In this document: piece after piece, positions 19,458-29,253 of the stretch
Position numbering within the stretch: position 1 is the first letter of the stretch
How the letters are laid out: each line of letters opens with the position of its first letter
Assembly (NCBI GenBank): GCA_019058315.1
Contig: JAHPZH010000004.1
Span: 540,682 to 604,681, forward strand
Origin: Candidatus Helarchaeota archaeon
GTDB lineage: Archaea; Asgardarchaeota; Lokiarchaeia; Helarchaeales; RDOG01
Length of the DNA stretch: 64,000 bases
Direction: 5' to 3'
The notes under the pieces: generated by a model
Told to the model about the DNA's origin: nothing
Database searches by the model: none
The model's input: the letters and a program-made list of their open reading frames with translations, nothing else
Position numbers and translations under genes: made by a program

Positions 19458-20666
19458 CTAACCATTAGAAATTTCAGGTTTGGGAGGTTCTTCTTCTCTC
19501 CAAGTAGTTTTAGGTCTAGTAAAAATTGAGAAAAAGTATAACCATTGTATCAAATATAACCAAAAATAATATAAAATTACTGCACCAACAGAAATAGGAA
19601 ATCCTTTTAAAAGCATAGGGGACCTACTGAATTGAAATAATGTTACATATTTTACAATAAGTGAAGTTACAATTACTAAAATTGCTGCATAAAAATCTTC
19701 GGGTGCAACTTCTATAAAAAAAGTAAGAACAATAGTAACAAATGCAGATGTTTCAAAAAATAAAGGCAATTCATACATTCCAAAAGTTGCCACATGGAAT
19801 TTATATTCCTTTGTTTGCCAATTTCCCCTAAACCACCGTAATCTTTGTTTAATGGGATCAGGATGAGGAGCAGTTTCCACTTTTGCATCTGGATGAAAAA
19901 TAAATCTATTTTCATAACCTGCTCTGGACATTTTTGCGCATAAAGCGACCTCATGAATATGGATGTGCTCTATTCCTTTATATCCCTCTACCTCATCAAA
20001 TGCTTTTCTTAAAAATCCTAAAGAACCCGCCCAAGCAACTCCACCAACTTTAAGATAACGTCTAAGATTGTCTATTCCTGCAGTATATTCAAATAAAAGC
20101 CCACTAAACTCCAAACGTTGAAGAGTTGCACTCAAATTATTACCCATAATTACACCATGAGTACCTACAAATCCAATTTTTGGGTCTCCTAAAGGATACA
20201 TTAAACTACGTAACCATCCTTTATGAGGTGCACAATCTGCTTCTGTATAAGCTATCATATCATGGTTTGCATCTTTCATTCCTATATTAATACAATGGAC
20301 TAAATTATTAACATTTGGAGGTGCAGGTGTTTCGGGTCTTATTAATTTAACAGTAATTTCATTTTGTTCATTATTTGCAATATAATCTTTCACAATTTTT
20401 GGTGTATTATCAGTAGATTCATCAATTATTATTACTTCTATATTTTCTTTTGGATAATCTTGAGCTGCAATACTTTTTAAACAATTAATAATGTGATTTT
20501 CTTCATTTTTAGAGTTAATTAATATTGATACAGGTGGTTTTATTGGTTCTCCGTCTTCAAATTCGTTCCAGAAACTACGGTATCTCACACTATACCAAAC
20601 CAATACATGGACCATAATATAAAATAGTGTTAAAAGGAGTGTTATAATCCAAAATACTGATATCAA
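19458..20666 (-). CDS. Membrane GT2 glycosyltransferase (ceramide glucosyltransferase/HpnI-like architecture)
   Basis: N-terminal TM, IIDESTDNT, EAD (DxD variant), QRLRW motif, C-terminal TMs. Confidence 0.85.
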   Translation of the reverse strand: MISVFWIITLLLTLFYIMVHVLVWYSVRYRSFWNEFEDGEPIKPPVSILINSKNEENHIINCLKSIAAQDYPKENIEVIIIDESTDNTPKIVKDYIANNEQNEITVKLIRPETPAPPNVNNLVHCINIGMKDANHDMIAYTEADCAPHKGWLRSLMYPLGDPKIGFVGTHGVIMGNNLSATLQRLEFSGLLFEYTAGIDNLRRYLKVGGVAWAGSLGFLRKAFDEVEGYKGIEHIHIHEVALCAKMSRAGYENRFIFHPDAKVETAPHPDPIKQRLRWFRGNWQTKEYKFHVATFGMYELPLFFETSAFVTIVLTFFIEVAPEDFYAAILVIVTSLIVKYVTLFQFSRSPMLLKGFPISVGAVILYYFWLYLIQWLYFFSIFTRPKTTWREEEPPKPEISNG

Positions 20667-20853
20667 TCTGAAATTCGCCTTTATTTGAATGTGAAGGATT
20701 TTATTCTTTTTAAAAGAAGATTTTTAATCTTCCTTTTATTAGGTAAATGAATACAATTTCTTTTTAAAAAGATATTTGATTTGTAAAAAGGAGTTTTATA
20801 AGTTTTTTTGTATATTTTGAACTCTAAAATAGTTTTTTTATTTGGTTTATGGT

Positions 20854-22011
20854 TTAAAGCGCACTCATAAGAATTTCTGTTAAAAATTCTGGAGTTGCTT
20901 TCCTTGGGTTTGCATTAAGACTTGAACCTTTAGTATCTTTAACTATATCGGAAATATCACTTTTTTTTATGTTTAATTCAGTTAATTTAGTAGGTAGATT
21001 TATTTCCTCAATTAAATTTCTGATATAATTAATTAACTTATCTGCTCGTTCTTGAATGGATTTATTTTTAACATCTAAATCAAGCTTTTCAGCCATTAGG
21101 GCAAATCTCTCTTTACAAATATCTTTATTGAACTCCATTATATAGGGAAGGAGAAGAGCACAAATAACTCCATGGGGTACATCATGTTGAAAACCAATTG
21201 GATGTGCTAGACCGTGAATCGCGCCCAAGCCACCATTTGAAAATGCAAGTCCACTAATAAGGCTCCCATATGCCATTTTTTCCCTTGCATCTATATTCTG
21301 TCCATCTTCTACTGCTTGCTTTAAATTTTTACCAATTATCTCAATTGCATTTATGGATAATAAATCACTTATAGTATTGGCTTTGAGAGAAACAAAACAT
21401 TCAATCGCCTGAACCAAAGCATCCATGCCTGAAGCAGCGGTTATTTTTGGGGGCATAGTTGCTGTAATATAAGGATCCAAAATTGCGATTTTTGCTATCA
21501 TAAGTGGATCTCTAAAAATACTATATTTTTTTCCTTCTTTCTTAACTTTAATAACTGAATTTTTGGTAACTTCACTACCAGTTCCTGAAGTCGTGGGTAT
21601 TGCGATAAACGGAATTCCTGGTTTGGTAAATTCCTTACCCATAAATTCTGAAACTGTTGATATATCTTCTTTATATAATGCTGCAATGGGTTTAGCTGCA
21701 TCTAATACGGATCCCCCCCCTAGACCTATGACGAAGCCTATTTTACTTTCTTTTGCAAACTGAAAACAATCATCCAACATTTCTAAAGTTGGTTCTGGAA
21801 CGATTTTATCAAATAAATGTGTATTGATATTAACTTTTTTTAGTAAATCTTCAATTTTATCTGTAAAGCCTGCTTTTTTCATTGCAGACTTTCCTGTTAT
21901 TAATAAAGCATCTCCAAAATCTCGGACCTCTGAACCTATAGAATCCAATGAATTGCGACCAAAAATGATAGTTGGAGAGCGAAATGTAAAGCCTATTATC
22001 TGATTTGACAA
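20854..22011 (-). CDS. Iron-containing alcohol dehydrogenase
   Basis: GLGGGSVLDAAK, IPTTSGTGSEVT, DAL, HGLAH, HG. Confidence 0.95.
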   Translation of the reverse strand: MSNQIIGFTFRSPTIIFGRNSLDSIGSEVRDFGDALLITGKSAMKKAGFTDKIEDLLKKVNINTHLFDKIVPEPTLEMLDDCFQFAKESKIGFVIGLGGGSVLDAAKPIAALYKEDISTVSEFMGKEFTKPGIPFIAIPTTSGTGSEVTKNSVIKVKKEGKKYSIFRDPLMIAKIAILDPYITATMPPKITAASGMDALVQAIECFVSLKANTISDLLSINAIEIIGKNLKQAVEDGQNIDAREKMAYGSLISGLAFSNGGLGAIHGLAHPIGFQHDVPHGVICALLLPYIMEFNKDICKERFALMAEKLDLDVKNKSIQERADKLINYIRNLIEEINLPTKLTELNIKKSDISDIVKDTKGSSLNANPRKATPEFLTEILMSAL

Positions 22012-22038
22012 ATTTTTCCCTCAAAAAAATAATAAAAA

Positions 22039-22374
22039 TTAAGCTTTAACTTTATCGTTTGGAAGATAAGGCCATTTCATAAATAAGATTTTACAATCTT
22101 TATTGCTTTTATTTATAATATCATGAGTATGTTTTTTTTCCACCCTAATAGCATCTCCAGGTTCTGTTTGGACTTCTTTCTCATCAATAACGAATGTTGG
22201 ATTGCCTTCTAGGATGTAAAAAGTTTCTTCCGTTTCTTCATGATAATGTTTACCTAGTTGCTGACCAGGTTTGTATAGAATTAAACCCCAATCTATATTA
22301 GGTCCACGAAACAAATATTTTGGACCTGAATCTTCATTTCGCCAAGGAATATCTTTCTCATTTTTTTTCTCCAT
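22039..22374 (-). CDS. Cupin domain protein
   Basis: HYHEETEETFYILEG...PGDAIRV..KHTH. Confidence 0.9.
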   Translation of the reverse strand: MEKKNEKDIPWRNEDSGPKYLFRGPNIDWGLILYKPGQQLGKHYHEETEETFYILEGNPTFVIDEKEVQTEPGDAIRVEKKHTHDIINKSNKDCKILFMKWPYLPNDKVKA

Positions 22375-22519
22375 AAGCTAACACCTTTTAATTTTAATTA
22401 TTTCTATTGAGTCTTTGAAATATTAAAATTTATTCTTTTTAACTTAATATTTAATTAAAGGCATTTTTTTGTATTTTTATTAAAAATATTTAAATTTCTG
22501 AAAATTATATTCGATAATT

Positions 22520-23338
22520 ATGCCAATTTTAGGAATTAATGACGAGAAATGCATTAAATGTATGCAATGTGTTCTGGATTGTCCCGCACTTTTATTTGAT
22601 GAAGATAAAACTGGTAAAATTATATTTTCCGATCCCAATAAGCTTTGTATTTTATGCGGTCATTGCATTAGTGTCTGCCCAGAAGATGCTATACTGCGAG
22701 AAAAAATGGAGGATGTCGAGACTTTTCCCAACGTGGAAAATCCAGAAAAACTTGTATCATATAAGAGTCTTTTTCAATTATTTCGTGCCAAACGATCGAT
22801 TCGACAATATAAGAAAGACAAAGTTCCCCAAGAGATGCTTCAAAAAGTCTTTGATGCCATGCGTTACGCACCAAGTGGTGCTAATAGACGTGCTTGGAAA
22901 TATTTTGTCATTTCCGATTCAAAAAAGATTAAAGCTTTAAGTGATGCGATTATTCAAGAATTTACTCGTAATCCTACATTCCAGATGATGCTGGGAGAAA
23001 AATTCAAGAAAAAACAAGAGCGAAATATTGATCCGATTTTTTATAATGCACCTCATATTATAATTCTTTATACCTTCGAAGAGAGCCAAGTCGATACAGG
23101 AATTGCCATGACTTACGGCATGCTTGCTGCACAAACGCTTGGACTCGGGACTTGTTGGATCGGATTTGCTAAAATTGCATTTGATTTAAGTAGAAAAATT
23201 AAAAACCTTGCAGGAGTTAAGGGCAGAGTATCTGGCGTAATGACTATTGGATATCCCAATGTAAGATATCATAGATGCCCACCACGTGGTCAAGTAAAGA
23301 TAAAAGGTTTTAAGAAGGAAGTAAAACAAATTATATGA
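22520..23338 (+). CDS. Nitroreductase with N-terminal 2x[4Fe-4S] domain
   Basis: CIKCMQCVLDCP, CILCGHCISVCP, KRSIRQY, APSGAN, GLGTCWIG. Confidence 0.93.
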   Translation: MPILGINDEKCIKCMQCVLDCPALLFDEDKTGKIIFSDPNKLCILCGHCISVCPEDAILREKMEDVETFPNVENPEKLVSYKSLFQLFRAKRSIRQYKKDKVPQEMLQKVFDAMRYAPSGANRRAWKYFVISDSKKIKALSDAIIQEFTRNPTFQMMLGEKFKKKQERNIDPIFYNAPHIIILYTFEESQVDTGIAMTYGMLAAQTLGLGTCWIGFAKIAFDLSRKIKNLAGVKGRVSGVMTIGYPNVRYHRCPPRGQVKIKGFKKEVKQII

Positions 23339-23351
23339 AGGAGATTTTTAT

Positions 23352-23900
23352 TTGGAAACTAAAAAGAGTATTCTGGATTTGATTAAGTCAAGACGAAGTT
23401 GTAGGAAATTTAAACAAGACTCGGTCCCAGATGAAGATATAAAGGGAGTGCTGGAAGCAGCACAATGGGCACCTTCAGGTGCAAATTCTCAACCATGGAA
23501 ATTTATCATTATTAAAAATAAGGAAACTATGGAAAAAATTGTAGAATCGATTCCTTATAAAGAATTTCAAAATTTTTTAAGACTAGCTCCTGTTCTAATT
23601 GTAGTTTTGGGGAATTCAAAAAAAAAGTGGCATATAATTGACTGCTCACTAGCAACCCAAAATTTAATGCTTGAAGCTTGGACAAGAGGACTCGGAACTT
23701 GTTTTTCAGCTTGGTGGCCTACTGCTCCAAAAAAAGTTATAATGTCAGTAAAGGAAATACTAAAAATCCCAGAAGAGTACGTGATAATTACAATGACTCC
23801 ATTAGGCTATCCTATAGACCCACCAAAAGAAGCCTTCCATCTACCTGCAAAAAGAAAGAATTTAGAAGAAATAATTTCATATGAAACTTTCTCTGGTTAG
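23352..23900 (+). CDS. Nitroreductase family protein
   Basis: RRSCRKF, APSGANSQPW, GLGTC, LGYP. Confidence 0.93.
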   Translation: METKKSILDLIKSRRSCRKFKQDSVPDEDIKGVLEAAQWAPSGANSQPWKFIIIKNKETMEKIVESIPYKEFQNFLRLAPVLIVVLGNSKKKWHIIDCSLATQNLMLEAWTRGLGTCFSAWWPTAPKKVIMSVKEILKIPEEYVIITMTPLGYPIDPPKEAFHLPAKRKNLEEIISYETFSG

Positions 23901-23964
23901 AAGCAATTCTAACTTTTTCTTATTTTCTTTTTACATTAAAAAAAAAGGATTGAAAATTTTGTTT

Positions 23965-25224
23965 TTACTCTTTATTCTTAAGCCAGAAAATAACTAATAC
24001 AGCTATTATACCACCAATAACCACTACGATTAATACAAAATATATAGTTCCAGTTTCTGGTTGTAATAGTGTTATTAATAACATAGTAAGATCTACCTCA
24101 TCCGGCTCGCTTTGACAAAATAGATAGACATAACCATCTGTACAACCTGCGACTATATATGATCCATCTTGTGAAATTGCTAAATTATTAGGGGGATCTG
24201 ATATCAAATAATTTGAGACGTATCCGTTTCTATTGAATAATGTAACCATATCATTCATATCCCCAGATACAAAATATTGACCATCTTTTGAAATTTTCGC
24301 ATCAAGCACTAGATCTCCACAATTGTAGTCCCACAACATTTGGCTCTGATTAAAGAGGGTAACAAATCCATATCCATCACAAGAGACAAAATAATCACCT
24401 GCACCTGAAATTGACGAGCTATAAAAGTCAATAGTTTTTTTGTAATCCCACTGGAATCCATGAGTTCTATTAAAAAATGAAACATTACAATCTACCCAAT
24501 CAGATGAAACCATATATTCACCATCTGCTGATATATCAACAGCGCTTGCTTCTACACCAATGTTGTAACTCCATAGGTAATTAGTGGGTGTTGCTCTATT
24601 AAACAAACTAACACTAGCATTTCCAGCAGTTCCAGTGATAATATACGACCCATTATCTGAAATTGCAACTTCTGCCATTATGCGACCATCAGGATCCGTA
24701 TAATTCCAAAGGAAACCAGACTTATCAAAGCAAGTTAGGTTAGCATTATTATCTCCTGTAACAATATAATTACCATCAGCAGAAATTGCAACAGTTCGGC
24801 AGTTAACTCCTACGTCATAATTCCACATATACCCATCTGTCCTATTAAATAATGTTAGATTACCACTATAATCTCCAGCAGCTATGTAAAAACCGTCTGC
24901 TGAAATATCTAAACCATATATGTCATTCCCCGAACCCACATCGTATTTCCAGATTAATCCATTTCTATCAAATAAAGTAAGATTTCCTTCACTATTCCCT
25001 GCAACGATATACGAACCATTTTCGGAAATTGCAACCGACCGAATATATCCTCCTAGATTATCAACCCATAACAATTGCAGATTTGTAGAAGTGGATAATT
25101 CTTGGTTAGGAATTGAAGTTACCATTTGTCCTATGTTCATTGTTGGTGAAAAATTGCAAAATACTATTGTACCTAGTACTATCATTTGAAAGAATAAAAG
25201 AATTAGACCTTTACTTTTTTTCAA
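23965..25224 (-). CDS. Membrane-anchored WD40/PQQ-like beta-propeller surface protein
   Basis: Signal peptide, about 8 repeats of V.ISxDGxYIVxG...LF..LW.Y, many N-x-S/T sequons, C-terminal TM + KNKE. Confidence 0.88.
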   Translation of the reverse strand: MKKSKGLILLFFQMIVLGTIVFCNFSPTMNIGQMVTSIPNQELSTSTNLQLLWVDNLGGYIRSVAISENGSYIVAGNSEGNLTLFDRNGLIWKYDVGSGNDIYGLDISADGFYIAAGDYSGNLTLFNRTDGYMWNYDVGVNCRTVAISADGNYIVTGDNNANLTCFDKSGFLWNYTDPDGRIMAEVAISDNGSYIITGTAGNASVSLFNRATPTNYLWSYNIGVEASAVDISADGEYMVSSDWVDCNVSFFNRTHGFQWDYKKTIDFYSSSISGAGDYFVSCDGYGFVTLFNQSQMLWDYNCGDLVLDAKISKDGQYFVSGDMNDMVTLFNRNGYVSNYLISDPPNNLAISQDGSYIVAGCTDGYVYLFCQSEPDEVDLTMLLITLLQPETGTIYFVLIVVVIGGIIAVLVIFWLKNKE

Positions 25225-25324
25225 GTTATTGTCACCTTATATTTGAAATGTGAATAAAAATTAGTAGAATTTCTTTTAAAAATATTATTATTTCTTTCAA
25301 ATAATGTAAAAGGTGGATGATAGC

Positions 25325-25717
25325 TTAAATATAGGTTTCATTTTTCCAAATGGGAACAATTTTTTTTAAATCATTGATTAACCATTCACAAGCTTTAAAA
25401 GCATCTTTTCGATGAGCCGCTGAAACTGCAATGCACACGATTTTATCCCCAACTTTTAATTTTCCAGTCCGATGAACTATATGAACATCTTCAATCTCAA
25501 ATTGAGATTTTGCTTTTTCTACTAGTTCTAAAAGAAGTTTCTTACCCATTTTATCATATGCTTCGATTTCTAATGTATCAACTGCTCCTTTCTGAGAAGT
25601 ACCCCTTACTATCCCCACAAAAGTAACTACACAACCAATTTTAGGCTGTTTTAATTTTTTTATGATATCATCAGTTGAGAAATCATTCTCTGTGATTTCG
25701 ATTATCTCAACCGCCAC
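25325..25717 (-). CDS. moaE: Molybdopterin synthase catalytic subunit
   Basis: GCVVTFVGIVR, HRTGKL.VG, SAAHRKDAF, LKKIVPIWK. Confidence 0.95.
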   Translation of the reverse strand: MAVEIIEITENDFSTDDIIKKLKQPKIGCVVTFVGIVRGTSQKGAVDTLEIEAYDKMGKKLLLELVEKAKSQFEIEDVHIVHRTGKLKVGDKIVCIAVSAAHRKDAFKACEWLINDLKKIVPIWKNETYI

Positions 25718-25958
25718 CTACAAAGGGAAATAGTGCAACTTCATCTCCGTCTTTTAAAATTTCTTGACCTCTTGCATATTTTTGATTGAGTGAGACAAGA
25801 GTCACTTTTTCATATTTTCTCAAACCGGGGTATTTTTCCATTAATATCTCACGCAAATCTAAAACTGTTTTCTTTCCGTCCAATTCAAGTTCAATTTCGG
25901 GTATACCTGTTTCTTCCCTTTGTAATGCAAAAAATTTAACTTTAATTGTAATTGCCAT
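25707..25958 (-). CDS. moaD: Molybdopterin synthase sulfur carrier (MoaD/SAMP)
   Basis: VKFFA..RE, LKDGDEVALFPFVGGG C-terminal GG; overlaps moaE. Confidence 0.93.
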   Translation of the reverse strand: MAITIKVKFFALQREETGIPEIELELDGKKTVLDLREILMEKYPGLRKYEKVTLVSLNQKYARGQEILKDGDEVALFPFVGGG

Positions 25959-26090
25959 TAAATTTCACTTTATTTTATTGAATTATTACATTGACATATT
26001 CGCTATGATATTAAAATCAAATTCATTTTTAAAATAATTTCAACTTGAAACTTTATTAAATTGGTTAGATATTGTGTGTTTAATCCGAAA

Positions 26091-27104
26091 TTAAGCTTTT
26101 TTCTGCTTAATTACTGTTTCAACCATAGCTTGAATATTTTCAATAGGTGTACCGTAAGGAACTTCACAACCAGATGATAATATATAGCCTTTATCTCCTG
26201 CAATTTTAATACAATTTTTGGATAATTCAGTAATATTCTCTTTACTCCCAGAGAGTAATTCTGAAGTTCCTATATTTCCGATTATACATGTTTTTTCTGC
26301 TTGTATACGAGCATCCTTCAGATCAACCGCCTGATCAACTTCTAGGTAATCTGCACCTGTATCTGCCATAAGATGAAGAATTGGTTTAGTATTTCCGCAA
26401 ATATGTAGTCCTACCTTTGCCCCATCTTTCTTCAATTTGGATATCAAATCTTTTAATGATGGGAAGCTCAACTGTTCGAAGTGTTTTGGGGATATCATAT
26501 CACTACTTCCAGTTGGATCTGCTATTGTTATTGCGTCTACACCAGCTTCGATTTTAGCTTTTCCAAATAAATAAGTTAAATTAAAACAAAGATCCACTAA
26601 TTGATTCAGAAAATCCATGTCCATATAGATTAAAAGCATTAATTTGTCTGTTCCATGTAATAGACCCGAAAGTGTAAAAGGTGCAGGTAAATAACTTAAT
26701 ATTGGAACTTCAGATTTCTTTTTTAACTCTTTAATTAATTTTAGATTGATTGGAATACGTCCATCTTTGTTGGGATTAAGAGTTGGAATTTTTTCTAGGT
26801 CTTCTTTAATTTCTATTAAAGGTTTGTGAACATTTGGAGGTTTATCCTTGAATACTTGCAATTCTGAACCCAATGTGCTACTTAATAAGACGAAAGATCC
26901 TTCCCAACCTGCATAAATTCCATCATAGCCGCATTCTTCTTGAGCATGTAGAAGTGCTTTTAACTGCTTTCCACCATTATTTAATGCTTCATCTATATTC
27001 ATATCTGACCATTTTGCTGCAGCATAAGTCAATTGAGGAATAACAGGAATCCTGTCTACTTCTTTAAAGCTTAAAGCACTTAAAAATCTGGTTTTAGAAT
27101 CCAT
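26091..27104 (-). CDS. MtaA/CmuA-type methylcobamide methyltransferase (UroD superfamily)
   Basis: DRIPVIP, APFT, LHICG, ILSSGC; downstream of a corrinoid protein. Confidence 0.88.
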   Translation of the reverse strand: MDSKTRFLSALSFKEVDRIPVIPQLTYAAAKWSDMNIDEALNNGGKQLKALLHAQEECGYDGIYAGWEGSFVLLSSTLGSELQVFKDKPPNVHKPLIEIKEDLEKIPTLNPNKDGRIPINLKLIKELKKKSEVPILSYLPAPFTLSGLLHGTDKLMLLIYMDMDFLNQLVDLCFNLTYLFGKAKIEAGVDAITIADPTGSSDMISPKHFEQLSFPSLKDLISKLKKDGAKVGLHICGNTKPILHLMADTGADYLEVDQAVDLKDARIQAEKTCIIGNIGTSELLSGSKENITELSKNCIKIAGDKGYILSSGCEVPYGTPIENIQAMVETVIKQKKA

Positions 27105-27163
27105 ATTGTTAACTCCATATTTACATTAATATAGAATATTCTTTGAGAGATGATATTAAAAAA

Positions 27164-27823
27164 TTAACCTTTTTCCCTAAGTTCTGTTATGAAATTTCTT
27201 GCAATTTGAACTGCTTTTGGTGCATCTTCAGCGTATGCATCGGCTCCAACTCGCTTTGCAAATTCTGGGGTAACGGGGGCTCCGCCGACCATGATTTTTA
27301 TTTTATCTCGAAGTTTTGTTTGTTTCAATGCATCCACGACCTTTTTAAAATACGGCATCGTGGTCGTAATTAAAGCAGACATAGCTAAGATATCTACCTT
27401 CTCCTTTTTAATAGTTTCAATAAACTTCTCAGCTGTAACCTCCTTACCCAAGTCTATAACCGCAAATCCAGCACCCTCAAGAAAGTATTTAACGATATTT
27501 TTACCAATATCATGTATATCACCTTGGACTGTTCCCAAAACAACTTTTCCAGCACTTATTTCTTCATCAACTTTTAAATAGGGCTTCAATAATTTTAATG
27601 CTGATTCCATTGCACGGGCTGAAATTAATAGTTCAGGAATGAAATATTCTTTTTTTTCAAAGAGTTCTCCGACTTCATCCATCGCTGGAACCATACTATC
27701 CTGTAAGATACTTGGTATGTCTATTTTTTGCTCAATAATTTTTTTTGCTAAATCAATTGCCTTATTTTGATTACCATTTAATATAGCTTCATGTAACTCT
27801 TTTTTAATTTGATCTATATCCAT
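27164..27823 (-). CDS. Methyltransferase cognate corrinoid protein
   Basis: GTVQGDIHDIGKN, MSALITTT, VGGAP B12-binding motifs. Confidence 0.95.
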   Translation of the reverse strand: MDIDQIKKELHEAILNGNQNKAIDLAKKIIEQKIDIPSILQDSMVPAMDEVGELFEKKEYFIPELLISARAMESALKLLKPYLKVDEEISAGKVVLGTVQGDIHDIGKNIVKYFLEGAGFAVIDLGKEVTAEKFIETIKKEKVDILAMSALITTTMPYFKKVVDALKQTKLRDKIKIMVGGAPVTPEFAKRVGADAYAEDAPKAVQIARNFITELREKG

Positions 27824-27985
27824 TTAATATTCCTCAATTGTTGATAAATCAATAATTTATTCCTAAAAATGTAGTTTGAATATTCTTATACAATATGGAA
27901 AATAATGGATTATATGAAATAAAAATTGTTCGTACAAAAATTTAGAAGGTTTATAACTATTAATTCTAAAATAAGATATGTGTTA

Positions 27986-28906
27986 TTAATTACTCCTTCT
28001 CGCGAAAAAAAGTCTCAATTCTTCAATAAGAGATCGCGGTTCGCCATCTTGGGAATTATTTTGTGAGTTTGACGGTTGAATATTGGTTCTGGTTGATTCA
28101 TTATTTAATTGATTTGCATTTTCAATATGGGAATTATGTTCCATATTTGAGAAAGTATTTTCTTCTTCATATATTTGTCTCCTCGCAGCGAAAAGTCGCT
28201 GAAGCTCCATCATTAACGCCGTTCTTAAAGAATTAAGTCTTAAACGGGGATCTTGAGATCTAATATGAGGTCTTGGTTCTTCAACTGCATCTAAATTATT
28301 GGATTCGAGTGGAAGTTTAAAACATTTACAACAATAAATTGGAACAGCTATTGAAAATTTATAATTTGATTCCGCTACTTTTTTACGTAATCCTAATACC
28401 TTGTTTTTTAGCATTTTATCGTGAATTTTACCACCACAGCTAGTACAGATAACTTCCGGTGAATTTATTGCATATAATAAATCCCAAATAAAATCCTCTT
28501 TTTCAGGATTATTTTCCCAAACTGATGGATCAGAATGAATAACCCTTAAAATGCGTTTGAATTCTAGAAGATTATCTTTAGTTAATTGAATACCACTCTT
28601 ATAAAAATCAAAATGTTTTATAAAATCAAGCAGAAAATGAGTAAAATTCGGATCTTCAGGATCCTTCATTGAAAACGGTAGACTGTTTAGTTGATAAAAT
28701 ATTAGGTTTAATTCCATAATAAATAGATTTCTTGAATTTTTTTGAGTATTTGAAGATAGAATCCCTAGTCCCAAATTTAACTCTCTTATCAGATCCTTTG
28801 TAAAATTTGGCTTTTCAGGGTTAAACGGTCCGATAATTTTGTTTTTATATCTACTGAATAAACCTTTGAGTTCATTCATCATAAGTGTTCGATTGTTATA
28901 AGACAA
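27986..28906 (-). CDS. Hypothetical protein with CxxC/CCxC zinc finger and four repeated helical motifs
   Basis: CTSCGG...YCCKC; repeats LMMNELKGLF, FIMELNLIF, LMMELQRLFAARR, LIEELRLFFARR; GAGGA SD before TTG. Confidence 0.7.
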   Translation of the reverse strand: MSYNNRTLMMNELKGLFSRYKNKIIGPFNPEKPNFTKDLIRELNLGLGILSSNTQKNSRNLFIMELNLIFYQLNSLPFSMKDPEDPNFTHFLLDFIKHFDFYKSGIQLTKDNLLEFKRILRVIHSDPSVWENNPEKEDFIWDLLYAINSPEVICTSCGGKIHDKMLKNKVLGLRKKVAESNYKFSIAVPIYCCKCFKLPLESNNLDAVEEPRPHIRSQDPRLRLNSLRTALMMELQRLFAARRQIYEEENTFSNMEHNSHIENANQLNNESTRTNIQPSNSQNNSQDGEPRSLIEELRLFFARRSN

Positions 28907-28953
28907 GTAAAATCCTCGTTACTGGTTAAGGTTCTTAAGAAAATTATAATTTA

Positions 28954-28969
28954 AAAATCTAGGTTGATT
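28954..28969. repeat. 16-bp direct repeat copy 1 (aaaatctaggttgatt)
   Basis: Exact match to 30604..30619; similarity continues into a downstream TATAAAAA. Confidence 0.7.
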
Positions 28970-29253
28970 AAATTGGAAATTATAAAAAGATAGTTATTTG
29001 CAATTTGAAAAAGTAAAAAAGTAGAATTTTAATAATTAATAGAGCTGTTGTTATTTTATTTTAATAAATTTTTTGAATTTATTTCAGAAACTGGTGTATT
29101 AACCACCAATTTGTGGCATGGACCTATATAAGATTTTTTTTATTCGCTTTCTTTGATTAATTTTAGTCTTGGTTTGAAGAATTTTTATAATAATTTGAAA
29201 ATTTTAAATAGTACATTCATAGAATATATACACCAAAAAATTGGAGATGGAAA

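Noticed and set aside
29092-29110. Short hairpin tggtg-N7-cacca in the intergenic region
   Set aside because: 5-bp stem is too short to distinguish from chance; no ncRNA support
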